From a virus (lineage: Duplodnaviria; Caudoviricetes), in IMG/VR virus record IMGVR_UViG_3300029928_000003: 64,000 nucleotides of DNA. One strand, 5' to 3'. Position 1 is the stretch's first letter. Every line of letters begins with the position of its first letter. Below, in pieces: positions 1-14,865 of the stretch. A program made the position numbers and the translations under genes. The notes under the pieces are model-generated. The model was given only the letters and a program-made list of their open reading frames with translations, had not been told where the DNA came from and ran no database searches.

Positions 1-1599
1 ATCTGGTATGATACTCCCAGAATTTACATATCTTCTCTACTATTCATACGCCCCAGTAATGGTGGGCGCAACTGGAGGAATGCCAATTTTAGAAGTTCTT
101 CTATTATGTCTAGCACCTTCCCAACCCGTTAATGGGGTAGTTGCGCCATAAGGATGGCCTGTATCATCCCAACCAAAGTTTAACTGTGCCCACCCAGGTG
201 AAACTAAATCTGGATTAAGGGTAGTACCTTCAGCAGCTTTTAGAACTCCACCGTTTTTCTAAGACTGAGTTTGCTAAGTAAAGAATCTTCCATATCTAGA
301 ACTAGTAACTGAACTATCTCCAGTGGCTTGCGCTTGTTTGTATTTGTTAATGATTTGTTCCTGATATTGCGGAATATCATTAACACTTACTTGTCGTACA
401 GTATTATTACTTTTATCATATACGTATGCAGCCTATCCTCCGTTTTTTGTTTTAGATACAGAATGCGGAATAAGATATAAATTATCATTAGTAGGTAGTG
501 GTTTCATAATACCCTTTTTTATTAAATTTTGTACTACATCTGCCATTACCGCCCCATTACTAAATTCTGGAGTATAAGTAAGAATTTTGTGCATATATTT
601 ACTATAATTTACATTATAGTTATCAATATTACTAAGATATTCACTTAACCAATGCACTAAATCATCGTTAGTTAAGTTCTTAAACCCCTAATAAAAGTCA
701 TGTCTAACATAATCATTTACAACATTTCCAGTAGTATTTAAAGATACTGCTTCATGCAATTTTTCTGGATCTGGGTAGTTCTTAGCTAACCACTGGTTAA
801 AAGCTTCATACGCAGAATTTGCATTATTGCCTACGGTACTGTTATTACCTGTGTTACCAGTAGCAGTTGTTGAACCCGCTACCGAACTTGATGAATAATC
901 CGAATCTGGTGTAACATCAGTGGCGTAATAACTTCCTAAATTAGTAAATCCTAACTAACTTAGTGTATATCTATCATTATTTGCATTTCCGTCAGTAAGA
1001 CTAATAATAGCTTTATCAATACGAGATCGCCAATCTTGTTCATCTTCTGGAGAATCAAAATCATATCTTCCTTTAAGTCCTTTTAAAAATGAAATAATAG
1101 TAGCATCTCTTTGTGTAGTTCCTCTTTTATTACCATTTGCTGGATCTAACATTACAAATGCAGTAGGGTCAGATCCCATTAATTCTTTCTATAAAGAAGA
1201 AGTAATAATAGGAGACCCTGGTGTATATTTAATTTTATTAGATGGTTTTTCTGGTTCTTTATACTTAGGCATTCTCCTAAGTACATTTCCTAAATAACCT
1301 GCTGCTGCTCCATAAGCATCAAATCCGCTGGTAGCATTAGTAATTCCAACAGTATTTTCAAAACCACCCCCTAGCTTAGGTGTAATTGTTTCTGGATTAC
1401 TATTAATTCTATTGATTAAATCAGAATAAGCGGCTCTTACTGATTTTTTATCTTTATCTTTAATATCAACACTATCTAACCAATCGTTGAATCCGCTTTC
1501 TGCTGCATCTACATATGCATTGAGGTCAATCTAATCATTACCTCTTTTGTATGTCCTAACAATAGGCTTTCCATCAGCCAATTTAGTAATTAATGCCAT
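1..1599 (-). CDS. Large virion cargo/ejection-like protein (TAG=Gln; runs off left edge)
   Basis: ATG at 1599 (MALITKLADGK...); ORF-track fragments 955-1179 and 433-657 are in the same frame, separated only by TAG; contains QKNGGVLKAAEG. Confidence 0.6.
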
Positions 1600-1611
1600 A
1601 TAAAATAAAAT

Positions 1612-1641
1612 AGGGGGCATAGATTTTAGTCAATGCCCCCA
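1612..1641 (-). terminator. Intrinsic terminator-like hairpin
   Basis: GGGGGCAT...ATGCCCCC inverted repeat followed by a T-rich tract on the minus strand. Confidence 0.6.
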
Positions 1642-1657
1642 TTAATTAAATAGTTTA

Positions 1658-1978
1658 TTATTTTCTAATTCTTTTTACGAGTATACCGCCTTTGCGGAAT
1701 ACTGGTTCGCCTGCTTGTTGCTGTGGTGCGCCTTGACCCCCTGCTTGTTGTGCCATTTGCACAAATACTTGACAAACTTGCATTGCAGCTTGACAATCTT
1801 GATTCTAGAGGGCCTACATTGCTATTTGAGCAATCTGCATAATAGGATCTTCTTGACCACCCTAAGGTGCAGCTTCTTGTTCTTGGGGAGCTGCTTCTTG
1901 TTCGGGTGCTTCCTGCTCTGGAGCAACCTCACCACCCATTTGAAATTTCTTAATACTGTTTCTAGGTGTAAACTTCAT
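1658..1978 (-). CDS. Small Gln/Ala-rich virion protein with KFQxGG motif
   Basis: MKFTPRNSIKKFQMGGEVAPEQEAPEQEAAP...VFRKGGILVKRIRK*; 2 TAG read through. Confidence 0.7.
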
Positions 1979-2067
1979 AGTTAACTATTTTTTATAAAAT
2001 TTATAATTAATATTAATTTATCTTAAATTCTATTTTGGAGCTATTAAATATAGCTATTATAATTTAA

Positions 2068-2643
2068 TTAATTCTGTTTCTTATTAGGGTTTTCCACATA
2101 TTCAGGTTCTCTATTATCTTGTGTTTTTAAACACTTAAACATATATTTCCCTAATGCTTTATAATCTTTATCTTCTTTAGACTAGTCAGCTTTTTTGGCT
2201 TTTTTTATAAGTACTCTAGAATTCTTTCTAGAGAAAATCCTCTCTCCTCCCCATAAATCATATTGATCACTGCCATCCTAATTAAGTACTTTCATTACTG
2301 GGCCTCTATCATCAGGAAATTCTAAAGAATCTCCTATTTTTACACCAGAATCTTTATTAAGTTCGAGTACGTATGCTATATCTTTTTCACTTATTGGTTT
2401 AGTACTATTAGGAGTTCCTTCTTTGACATTAATTACATTTTCATCTTCATCAATAAAAATAATATCAAGCGGAATCTTAGTATCTTTCATCCAAAAAGAT
2501 ACATCTTCTGGGGGAGTAAAATAAAATAGCATACCTTCATCTTTAGGTAGATTTTCTATATCCTGCAAACCTTTAGATTTTTCGTCCTCGGTTATAGCCT
2601 ATTTTACTTTATATTTCTTATTTCCTACTTCAATATTAATCAT
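2068..2643 (-). CDS. DUF192-family protein with C-terminal extension
   Basis: GLQ..GMLFYF..SFWMKDTKIPLDIIFID..YVLEL signature; ATG 2643 to TAA 2068 with TAG=Gln. Confidence 0.8.
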
Positions 2644-4109
2644 TGTATAGAATCAGAGTTTATATCATTAAAAGATGCTGAAGTCTAAGACGTAGATCTC
2701 ATACCAGGAACTTCGGGAGTAGATTTTCTTTGTTGTACTCCTACAACAAAAGCCTTATTGCGTGCGGCATTTTCAGCAGAATCTAGTTGCTATTTAGTAT
2801 ATATTGCGCTAGAATTAGGAGTTTGATTATTCTAATTAGGATTATTTGGGTCTACCATTAAGAAATTATAAGCTCCTCCAAGTATGTTTTTCATTATTGG
2901 GTCAAATCTTCCAGATAAGCCTCTAAAAGGTCTTGTTGCGAGATACCCATACGGGCCGACAACGCGTAATGTGTTCCTAATTACAGGTCCTTTAGAATTG
3001 CTGAATTCCCCTGGTTTTTCCCAAAACCAAGCTCTATAAGGATTAGCATCTCTATATTCCCACCAATTATTATATTTTGGCGTACCCTCTGTAGAGTTAT
3101 TTACAGGTGTTTGTTTATCACCTCTCCAAGCTCTCCAAAGTCTTTTAAAACGTCCTGGTTGTTTTTCAGGTTGTTCGTTAGATGGGTTATTTTCTCCCTT
3201 ATTTTCTTCATCATTTTCTTCATCATTTTCTTCTTCAGAAGAATTATCATCTTCTGGTTCTGGATGAATTACAGTCTATGTAGTATCTACAGGAGTTTGG
3301 ATACTATCAGGTGCTCCACTATAGGCTCTTGCAACTGCAGCTGAATCTGGGTACTCTGTAAGGTTGCCTTTATCATCTAGAATAGATACTGTATTATAAG
3401 TTCGATCGTTATTAAGAGCTGCGACTCCTAATCCTAATGCCCCTGTTAATACGTATGGAGAATAAGTCATTGCTCTAGAAGTAGCAGCCACAGGAGTTGC
3501 TATAGGAGTTGCTACAGATACACCTTCAGGCGTTACCATCTACATTACTGCTCTAGGAGTTCCTTGTGTAATGTAATTTCCTACAGGAGTGTCTGATAAA
3601 CCTCTACCTACCCAAGATATTATTCTCGGAGCACCAGATTTTACTCCTCTACTAATAATAGAAAATACTGGTCCAAGTGCTTCGCCTACAGGAAGTAACG
3701 TAGCTGCCATATTACCTACTAAATTACCTGCATCTGTCCATTGCTACATAGCGTATGGGTTGTGTTCCCAAGCTTGTTGTACCCCTCTTACACGACTATC
3801 CCCAAATAATGCGCTATAATCTGAAGTACCATAGAAATTTCTATTAAATTCAGGGCTATAAGCAGCTCCCCTTTGAGCATCTACTACATTAGTAGAACTA
3901 TGTCTAGCATCTGACTAAGGGGCATTTGATATAGGAGTATACAAAGTGGGGTTAGTTATATCATAATCACTTAACTAATAGCTAAATGGTATCTACCCTG
4001 TCTGGGGATCTATATAAACTTTAGTATCTGGACTAGCTGTTTTTCCAGCTGGTCTCATATTTTCTGGAAGATCCCCCCATCGAATATATGATATTTTACG
4101 TTTTGCCAT
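2640..4109 (-). CDS. Hypothetical cargo-like protein with acidic low-complexity tract
   Basis: MAKRKISYIRW... open to TGA at 2640 with TAG=Gln; hydrophobic segment then EEENDEENDEEN. Confidence 0.65.
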
Positions 4110-4111
4110 AA

Positions 4112-5962
4112 TTATATAGAATTATTTGTATTATCTTTTGTATTATATAATATTTCTTTCGTTAATAATTTACCAGCTTGAATAGCTATTTCATCTTTTT
4201 CTTTTTGAGTAGAATCATTATTATACTTTTTGTACAATTCTTCTATTTTCTTAGTTATATCAAGTCTAAGAATTAATTCCTCTCTTTCTATTTCGGCTTG
4301 CTATTCTATATTTCCCCCATCAGATTCAGACACTACTGGAATTCCTTTATTAGTAATTCCTTCTACATCCATATTATGCTTACGAGCATGTAGGGATCCT
4401 TCTGGAATTATATTAAATTTACCACCTTCTCTAAATATATCTGAAATTACTGGAAACTATATTTCTAATAGAGTTGTAGTAAATGTACCTCCTTCTTTAT
4501 GTAATGTAGTCTAAGAATCATTCTAAGTAGTAGTCTATAATGGAGTAGTTCTAGGCACATATTTATAATACGGAGAACTTTTAATTAGTTTGTATTTATT
4601 ACGAAAATCTTCAGCTTCATCAGAATTATACCAATCTAATTCCTTCTGTAATGAAGGATGTTTATCAGATTTCATAAATTCTATTTCTCCAGTATCTGGA
4701 TTCTCTGCGACAGAATATGCATGATACCCATCTTCATACTTAGTAAATAAGCCATTAAATACCCCAGTTTGAAAATCTTTAGGTTTACCATTATATTTCC
4801 AATAATCTTTCATTCTATAATCAGTAGTATCCTATAAGTTTTTTGGAAGACTCTCATAAAAAATTTGATACTTTTCATCATCTGTTAATTCTTTTGGGGT
4901 GCTTATAGAGCTTCCCTTTTGATATTTAAGAGTTCTGGCCACTCTTCTTCCTCTATATAAATCTTGTAAAGAGAATCCGTTTCTGCCTACAGGGATCTAT
5001 TGATACCCTCCTTGTAGATTATAGTTTCTTCTATTTCCGTTTATTGCAGACATAGAATTTCTTATATTAAATCTATTCATTGAATCATTAGCAATATCTG
5101 TTATATATTGTTGCTATATTTTAGCATTTTGTATTTCATCATTTGCTTTATTTCGGGCATTCTGACTAAATAATCCGTATTTCTTACCAGATTTTTTTAA
5201 TGCATCATCTATTAATTTATTAGTTCCAGTATATGATGCTCCTACTTGTGAAAAAGCATCTTTATCTTTAGTAATAGTATCAGCTTTAGAACCTCCAAAA
5301 CCATTAATTAATCCTAACGGGGTTAATCCTAAAAAAGAACTTCCTAAAATAGAATCTATGTTAGTCATACCATCAGTACCCCCTCCTATAGCATTTAATC
5401 CTTTATTTAAAACCGAACCTGCTTTCATAGTACCGCCTATAATAGAACCTACAGGACCAAATGCCATAGCAGCATCCGAGATACCATCGTATACTGTATC
5501 TAAAGTTTGTGTTACGTCTCCTTTTGTGCCGTAATATTCAGATTTCTGAGGTAAAAAGTTATTAATGATATCTGAAGCTACGCCAATCCTAGCCATTGCA
5601 TTACCAGCTTTACTTAAATTCTGCTAATGTTTTAATTGAGCCAACTATTTAGAATTTAAAGATGCTTCTGCTAAAGTACTTATTCCTGATGTATCAGGTT
5701 TAGTAGGTTTAAAAGTAGGTGCTACAGAAGCTATAGCCTATGATAGATTAGATACCAAATCTTGACCTATCTATGGAGCAGTACTTATATTATCAGTAGA
5801 ATTATTACTATTTTGAGAAGTATTATATAGCCACTATAATAGATTAAATTTATCTGTTAAATTCTAAAACTAATTTTGCATCTAATTAAAATCTGGATAA
5901 TCTCCAAATGTTAATTCTGGATTTGAAGTACCTAAAGGGCTTCCATTAAATGTATTAGGCAT
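4112..5962 (-). CDS. Virion cargo-like protein (~616 aa)
   Basis: Joins fragments 5114-5596 and 4535-4813; Gly-rich hydrophobic region; C-terminal FNIIPEGSLHARKHNM..KGIPVV..AEIEREELI. Confidence 0.7.
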
Positions 5963-8900
5963 AGCTTATAGAAAATAAAGTATTTACTGCATTAATAATG
6001 GCACGTTTTCTGCCATCATATCTAATTCTAATTTTCATATATTTATCTTTTAATTTAACTTCTTGATTAAGAGGATTATCCCAAATTACTATTGCTCTAT
6101 CTTTAAGGTCTTTTGGGATACTTAAAGTATTTGAAACGTCTAATGGTTTACACTAAGAGCCGAGTTCAATAGGAACTTTGTTGGGATTTAAATCAGTGGT
6201 ATTTGCTAGGTTTTCTTTATCCCAAGCAGGCTCATTCTTTTCTATTACATTTAAAGGATTAATTTGTACATACCACTTATCCTCTTTATAGTGCATATTT
6301 CCACGTAGTCTACCGCCTTTGTTTAAGTCTATTGCTCTTGCATGATTCCATATATGATATTCTCCTGTATTAGGATAGTATACTATTTCCCCACCAGCTA
6401 ATTCAGAAAAATCTTTATTTAACCCATCCTTTGCATAATAAATATCTTCTATTAAATTATAAGGTTTGGTTCTCCAATAATACTAAGGTAAAATAGTAGA
6501 TTTCTTATAATATTCAGAATTATCTATTAATTCATGAGTAATACCTTTTTCTAAAGTAGGATATGAACTATTATAAGTTAAATTACTGCCGTTATACTAA
6601 TATAGTTCTTTGGTAGCTTCCTATCTAATATACATTGTTTGTTTATTAGAAGAAAAGCTATAACAATCCCCAACTATTTCATAATGAAATGATTCTGGTT
6701 CAGCACTATTACTAACAATTTCTAAATTATCAAATATTTTATGATATTGAGCATCTTTATTTACAATAAACTCAAACTCAAAAGGATGTTGTTTACCATA
6801 CCAAAATGTAGGCTTTAACTATTCTGCAGTATCTATAATACCGCCATAACCATGTTTCCAGAAAGATGTATTTAAACTATTTAGTCTATTATCTTTTATT
6901 ACTGCAATAACTGTTTCAATAGATGGGTAAGTAGTATTTATATCATCCAATTTCTTGCTTATATTAGCTTTAATATTTAATAAATAAACAGGTTCAATAC
7001 TATCTTCAGTTCCAATATATAATAATGTATTAGTTTCAGGATCAATCTTAAACTGTTTATAATTATTTAAATTATCTTTAATGAGTTCATAAGTAATTAT
7101 ATAACTATCATCATAACCAGAACAATTAAGTATTCCTATTTCCTATTGACTTGGTGTAATTACTACGTTAGATAATGTAATACAATCTGAAAAAGAATTA
7201 CCGTTTATAGATGTACCTAATTTAGAAATATATTTAGAAGTATTCCTATCAAAACTAAAATATTGATTTTCTATATTTTCAGAATAACTTGGAACCCAAC
7301 TATAGAAAGTTATCCATTTATTTAAGACCTCATTAAAACATATATTCCATACATTTTCTTCAAATCCTTCAAGATTGTCGTAGAATGTAAACATTACGTC
7401 CTATTTAAATGCATTGTAATGAGTCTTGATATTTCTAATACCTATTATAGGAGTAATTTCTCTTTCCTTTAAAGTTATATTTTTATTTAGAAATTCCTAA
7501 ATTCTAAAATCAGATATACATTCAAAAGAACTGCCATCGGTTCTCCAAATCTTTTTAGTTACTGTATCTATTCCGTAAATTGCTTTAGGAGTTTTTATAA
7601 TAGAATCTACCCACTAACTCCCATGGGTATCAGAAAGGATTTTAGGATTCTCGGGTAAAACATTGGATGTGTTAATATAAATATTTCCTCCAGTTCCACT
7701 ACCAGCTAAAGCTCGTTCATTAATTGGTATTAGGGCGATTCCGTGTTCAAATACACAAATAATATCTCCTCTCCATTCTTCTATTTTTGTAATAGAACCG
7801 TATGTTTTAGGATAATCTCTATAATTAGTTCCTAAGAATATTCTCCAACCATTTTGGAAAGCATCCTATACTTGAATATTAGAATAACTTATCCTATTGC
7901 TAAATTCATTCTTAATCCAAGGTACATCTGGAAGTTCGTAATGATACTAATTAGATAAACTTTTACTAAATCCTTTATTATAGCATAAAGCTTCGGGAAT
8001 CTTATATGAACCCCCATTATTCATAGGATATAATGGGAAAAATCCTCTATTGTGCCCAAATAGAGCTGCTTCATCAACCATAGATTCATCAATAGCTCTA
8101 ATTGATAAATTCATAGAAGATCGCACAGTAAGAGTTACATACATTCCAAGTTGTACTGCATTGACATCTCCTAAATTAATCTTATCAAAATTTTCTTTTT
8201 TAACAACACCATCTTCTACTTTATAATTATCTGCCCAACAATTTGGATTAACTATTTTATCATTTGTTGGTGAAGATGGGTCTTGAAAATTTCTATTTAC
8301 TCTATGAGTAAATTTGCATATATAACAATCTCCTCTATAAAAAGGTATTGTAGTCTTTACATTATCTTGTTCTTTAGTAAATAAAGATTCATCGTTAATA
8401 TCATATCTTTCAGAGATTGCAAAATATGCCGATTTATCATTGGCTCTAATCTAGAAGTAATTTATCAATTGTGCAATATCATATCCTGGGATTTTAATAT
8501 CTATATAAGTCCCTACAGTATCAATTCCAGTAATTCCTAAATAAGAGCCATAAGAACCTCTTAATAAATTAGAAGCTCCTGTTTTAATTTTCTTTTGTCC
8601 TATATATTCGTACCTAAATGCTTCTTCAGCTTCCCCTGCTCTTGCGGAGAACATTGTATTACCGATAGCAACTAATTTAACGTTATCTTCAACACCTAAT
8701 ACTTTAACGGTTCTATACTATCCATTTATTGTATATTCATCAGTATTAGGAATAAAGTGAATATTATCAGGTTGTTGTGCTAATATAACCTATTCACTAT
8801 TTCTACAGACTAATTCAGAACTATTAAAAATAGAATTTAAATATGGGGAATTAACATCATAATCTGGACAAATAGCTCCTTGTGCATTATACTATAAATT

Positions 8901-10580
8901 ATCAAGCAGTACTTTTCTAGATTCAAAATTATGAGTTAATATTCTTTCGGCAATTATTTCTTTAGTAGAAGGTCTTTCTCCATTTTGTATATCTTTACCT
9001 ATTTGAGATAAGAAACTTTCTGTAATACACTACTTATTTGCAATTGGTAATACTGGAGTATGGCTTTCTTTATCAATTCCTATAGTATAAGCCTAACATA
9101 ATGTAGTAGGTATTCTATTTTGTCTTACAAAGAAAAATCCTTTTATTTTTAAAGTGTTCTTTAAATAATTTAACACTTCATCAGGTACTTTAAATTGTAT
9201 ACCTATTACTTTATTATTTGGAACATCCTTTTCTATTTTAATAACTCCTTTAGCATTTTCATATATATTTTTCTGAGATATTTGATAATTTTGTTCATTA
9301 TAAGTAATATAGTTACGACTATTATCTTCTGAAATAAAATCAATATCACTATAGATAGGTTTATCTGTTAATAAATTCCCTCTGACATTAAATACTTCAG
9401 TTAACGTATAATCCTGCTATATAAATACAATTCCAAATCTATATATCTCATCATTCCAATATCCTACCTTATTATAAATATATTTAGTATCATAATAGGT
9501 ATCTAAGATATTACCTTCGTAATTTTGATCTAAATTATTTATTTTACAAGTTTCATCTGTATTTAAATATGGTTTAAATCGTAATGCGCAATCAGCTAAA
9601 TCTTCATAAGGTATTTTTGGTTTATCTACGTTAGCTAAAAATAATATATTCTGAGCAGCTGTTTGTGTTTTTGCGGAACCATAAATTTGATACTAAGTAT
9701 TTATATCTGACAGAGGAACTTCTGTTTTTTCTTCATATCCAGTAATAATAAATACTGTATTACTTTCAGTATTTAAAGTAAAGCTATGATTTATTTTATA
9801 TGCTTGAGTAACTGCATTCTACTGAATATCAGAAGTATTTATAGTAAAATAAATATTTACTTTATTATATCCTGTATCGGTATTATATAAACTGAATTGT
9901 ACTTGCTTATGAGAGTTCTCATTTCTAAATCCAGAATAAATAGAATTAGGTTTATTTCCAATAAAAATAGATACTAATCCAGATTCAGCAAAAAAATCCG
10001 ATTCATTTCCATCTTCATCTACATATCTGAAATAGAAATGATAATTTCCAACTGATAAGTTTCCTCCATAACTAACCCCATTAAATTTCAATTTAGGAAT
10101 AGTATTAACTTTCTTATATAATGCTGTGTCAATCTCAAATTGATCACCCCTATCATATATATTAGTATCATTATTACCTTTTCTATCACATATCTAATAT
10201 TTATTTTTACCTATTGGGCTAAATCTAGAATTAATTAATTTAGGGGTATTTTCCCCATCATTAATAATTAGATTTACTGAATTATCATAAGACCACTATG
10301 GCAACAAATTAACTGGGCTAGATAAATCAAATTGTAATTCATTTGTAGTAAAATCCACCAAGGAACCTTTTTGATATAATCTACCCTATTTCTTTTGTTC
10401 TTCGGTAAACTACCCAGATAATTCAAATTCTTCTCTTGTATACCATTTATCCTAATAACGATACATATCTTGATCTAAGCGGTAATTATGAAATGGGTTA
10501 TATTCCCAAACTAAATTACCTTCTTGAGGATGTTGTCTTAATACTACCCCAAAATTATATTTAGTTTCTATGTTGCTCAT
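5955..10580 (-). CDS. Tail muzzle/stabilisation-like protein, part 2 (~1541 aa)
   Basis: Four ORF-track fragments share one frame from ATG 10580 to TAA 5955; ends ...KLKDKYMKIRIRYDG..NTLFSISYA, resembling crAss muzzle proteins. Confidence 0.7.
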
Positions 10581-13500
10581 TACTTATTGGACCTAAATTA
10601 ATTATTTCTTTAATTGTAGCATTCTATTCTTCCTCTCTACCAATAGCCATTACATATCTATCTTTATTAACTGCTCCTAATGTTACTCTTAACATTTCAT
10701 TTTGGGTATTAATTCTATACTAAGTATTAGCTAATGATTTAAAATCAGAAGAATTTCCTTCATCTTCTTTTAAATAATAAACTGGAGTGTTTTCGTCAAT
10801 ATATAAGTTCCTAGGAGATACTTCTAATTCTTTTATTTCGTATGAATCTTCATTAGGAATTTTAACTAATGCTTTACTTGTATCTATATAAGATAACTAA
10901 TTTATATAATATGACGGAGATACTTTAGTAGTAAAAGTTATATTTATAGTAGTATTCTAGATAGGATTATAATATAAGTTTGGGATATTTTTATTAGGTT
11001 CAATGTCTATACCACATATAGATACTTTTATATTAGGATTTATAGCTAAAGAACATGTAATCTAATAGTTATAATCAGTATAATATTTAACATTATCCCA
11101 TCTTAATTTCTAAACTTTATCAATAATACTAATTAATTTATGATAATTTTTAAATGGGGCGGTTAATACATCTTCTGTTACATCTTTTTGATTTAATGTA
11201 ATAGGTAATGGATAACCTGTTGGCCATTTGCTTTTATATTCAAATCCCTGCTATACAGATGTTTCATCGTACTACTTTATATTTGTATTGTACCAAGCAG
11301 ACTATTTAAGCTAACCGTAAGTAAATAACTATACAGTATCATTAGAATCTTTTATAGCGTACATTATTAAATTTGGTCCATCACTTACTTTTCCATTTCC
11401 ACTATAATAGTATAGATTATATAATCCGTGGGTAGTACTACTTGTATATAAAGTACCTTTTGCCCAAATAGATATATTTTTTTGATTTCCATCTGTAGCA
11501 GAATCATGGGTTCTAAATCTTATTGCAAGCACGTCAGCTTTATCTAATTGAGAATCTAAGAAATTATATAAGTCAGGATATACTTGTATATTACCAGATC
11601 TTCTTATATCATCCTTATAAGATATTTTAGCTTGGGGAGACACATTCGCTATATCATAATCATTATATATTCCTATACTCCATATATGATGCTGGCCTTC
11701 GACCATTATCCAGTAATCAGTGTTAACTACTATAGGAGTTAGTTCATAATCTACTGAAACATCTTCTTTAGTACCATAAGTTATACTTATAGGAGAATAT
11801 ACTTCTATAGCATAAGAAGCGGTTAATTGTTTATCATATTTTATATTACTTAATTTTACTGTTTTAGTAATAGCATCTAAAGAAGTAATATTACTTTCCT
11901 ATCCCCCATAAGCTAATTGAATCTATTTAGCATTATTGCTATCCGTATATTTAATATTATCTGTAAAATTTAACGATTCTATAGATATATTAATAAATGG
12001 CCATATATTAGAAGAATTAATTTCTCCAGAAATATCATAACTCTCTTTATTGAATACTTTATATTGTTTAGTAATAGTTTTAGAAGTATCATCTAGATAT
12101 TTAGGTAAAGAATATATTTCAGTGTTTTCTAAATAAAGTTTATTATTAGAAGCCTAGTTAGTATAACTTATATTTGGAACACTATAAGTTGTATTATTAG
12201 TAATAATATCATTTAGATTTATATTATGATAATCATCTATGATATCAAAATAATTATTAAATATATCACTATTATAAAGTAATCTATATAGATATCTATC
12301 TTCATTAGTATAATGGATACACAATTCAACTACATATAAAGAATTATTCTATAATTCTGTAATTCTTTTTGAAAAATATCCAGAATAACTAGGTCTTATA
12401 TCTGTAAAGGATTGCTCTCTACTTTCTATACCTATTATAGAATTTGTAAGATACTCTGTTCCATTTTGTTCTTTATAAGTTTCTTTTATACTCGAATAAA
12501 GTTTTGGAGTAACTTTATAGAAATTAAAATCAATAGAATCTATTTTCTTATTCATTTCTGGATAAGAATCAATACCCCAATATAATATAATTCCTTTATC
12601 GTCGTGTATATATTTATATTGTTTTAATATAATCTCCCCAGAACCAAGTTTACTTAAATCTATATCAAAATGTCTTTTAAAAATACTGATATACCCAAAT
12701 GGCATAGCCGGATAAATATCAATAGATAATTCTTTATTTTCTCCAGTATCAGTATAGATAGGCTATTCAATTATAAAATCACTATCAGTATAATCATTCT
12801 TTCTAATATACTTTTTAGGTTCAGATGATTCATAATCTGGAGATAAATAGGTAACTCCTGTAATATGTGCATCTGGAGCTATAGTATCTATCTTAGCTAT
12901 ATCATTATTGTAATATATAGGGTATTTTAATTTTAATAGTATATTTCCTGTAGAATTAATATTATAAATAATACTATTTAAATTAACTGCATTTTGGGCT
13001 TCTTCATTATCATAAGTCCAGTTAGTTGCTAAATAAATTTCATATTTATTTTGCTTGTTCTTTTTAGCGTCCCAACTTACAGAGAAAGAATTTATACATT
13101 CAAGCTAAACTAAAATAGCTAATTTACCACTTACTTTAGAAGAATATACGCTATAATTGAATTTATTATTAGTCTATTCTGGAAGAATTTCTAAAGTACT
13201 TCCTACATTTATAAAGAAGTATCCGTCTTCATCTTTATAAGTCCATTCTAATGATTTTCCTAAATCTATTATTTTACCATTATCTTGAACTGATACTACT
13301 GAAAACTTTATATATTTAGGAAGCTTATTTATATTTTTATCAAACCCATAAGCACTAATATATTTATTTAGAGTATTTATGTAAATTCTAAACTAATCTC
13401 CAGCATGTAATGTATTATCACTTAAATATATAAGCTATTTATTATTTAATATAGGGTTCTCTGGTGAAAACTAACCTGAATCTAAAGCAATTAACTTAGA

Positions 13501-13842
13501 AATATCTAATTCTGATTTTCTTTTACTTGAAAGTTCTTCAATATTACTTTTCTAAGGAGATGGAAATGAACCAATTTGTCCTTCATGTGTTAATGGATTA
13601 TAAGAAGCAATATATATAATACCGCCTAATTCAGTAGTACCAACTGGGATAAATCCTGATGGTAATTCAGCATTAGGTATTTTTACATTACCCATATCAT
13701 TCTGAAGTACATTATCATTTCCATTATATGTAAGTAATGTAGCATTAAGCGCATTACTTATTGTATTATTTGGGGCTACTAATGGATTAAAATCCATTAT
13801 TAATCCATCGGAAAATGTATTAGAAGTTGCATCTTTTTTCAT
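10561..13842 (-). CDS. Tail muzzle/stabilisation-like protein, part 1 (~1093 aa)
   Basis: N-terminus NTFSDGLIMDFNPL..NALNAT..LQNDMGN..GFIPVG..GGIIYIASYNP; fragments starting 13842, 12705 and 11706 are in frame. Confidence 0.65.
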
Positions 13843-14414
13843 AATAATTCATATTTATTACAGTATGTTAATACATTTTTAAAATTTGGGGCATCCATAG
13901 TTTCTACAAATTCAGCCTTGTCTGAGATAAATTCATTAATTACTATTTGAAAACCTATTTTAGCAATATAAGGAACTCTAAATATATATTTACCTTTGAA
14001 TGCACGTAATTTACATTCGTCTTTCATTAAACACATATTTACTTTACCGTAATTAAAGATTTTTTTCTTTCGGCCTCTTTTCTTATTCTATTTTAAGTAA
14101 TTCTAATAAGCTTCTTCAGAAATTGCAAAATAATAGTATCCATCCCAAGGGATGTGTCTTCTTCTATATAATACTCGTAATCGAATTATCAGCCTTCTTA
14201 AATAATAAGAAAAGTGTTTTATAGGGTCATTACTTACATTACCTATATAACACCAAAAATCTTTATTTTTTATGAAAGTATCTCCTCCGTAACTGTTGTG
14301 TAAATATAATGAACGAAATCCAAAATTTAAAATCCGTTTAATATCTTGTTTAGGAACATCTGGAAATTGCTTATATAACTATTCATAATAATCAGATATT
14401 TTAGTTAGTTTCAT
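13839..14414 (-). CDS. Conserved crAss-like protein (possibly IHF/HU-like)
   Basis: MKLTKISDYYEQLYKQFPDVPKQDIKRILNFG...; position in neck/tail block. Confidence 0.6.
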
Positions 14415-14418
14415 AATA

Positions 14419-14865
14419 TTAACAATATTGCATACCTTTATTGGTATTATCAGTTATTTTATTTTTTAATTTACTATTAACATAGATATTCTTAACTCTA
14501 GGAGTTCTGTTGCCGTACATAAATAATCCTAACTAATATCCCGTAAACATTGATTTTAAAAAATCTACATCTTCCCATTTACCATTTTTCCTTAATTTTT
14601 TAAAAAGTTCCCCTGTAAATTTCTGCATGTGAATATCGCTTTTAACATTACCATTTAATGGTAACTAAAAAGTGGCATTATTATCAATTACATCATTAAG
14701 TACTGCTTCTAAAGCAGCCTTGAATATTCTTTTTACTAATTTATCTCTATGTCTATCATTAATAATTTTTTCACAATCATTACAAGTAATTTTCAACTTT
14801 TTATAAGGAAAATTCTCAAATATATCGTCTATAGAGAAAGCGCATCCAGTACTCCAATATTTCAT
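14419..14865 (-). CDS. Conserved crAss-like protein (possibly IHF/HU-like)
   Basis: ORF-track fragment 14665-14865 extends through 2 TAG to TAA at 14419. Confidence 0.6.

Noticed and set aside
3140-3260. TTTTCTTCATCA tandem repeat as a regulatory element
   Set aside because: It encodes the acidic EENDEEND tract of the 2640-4109 gene
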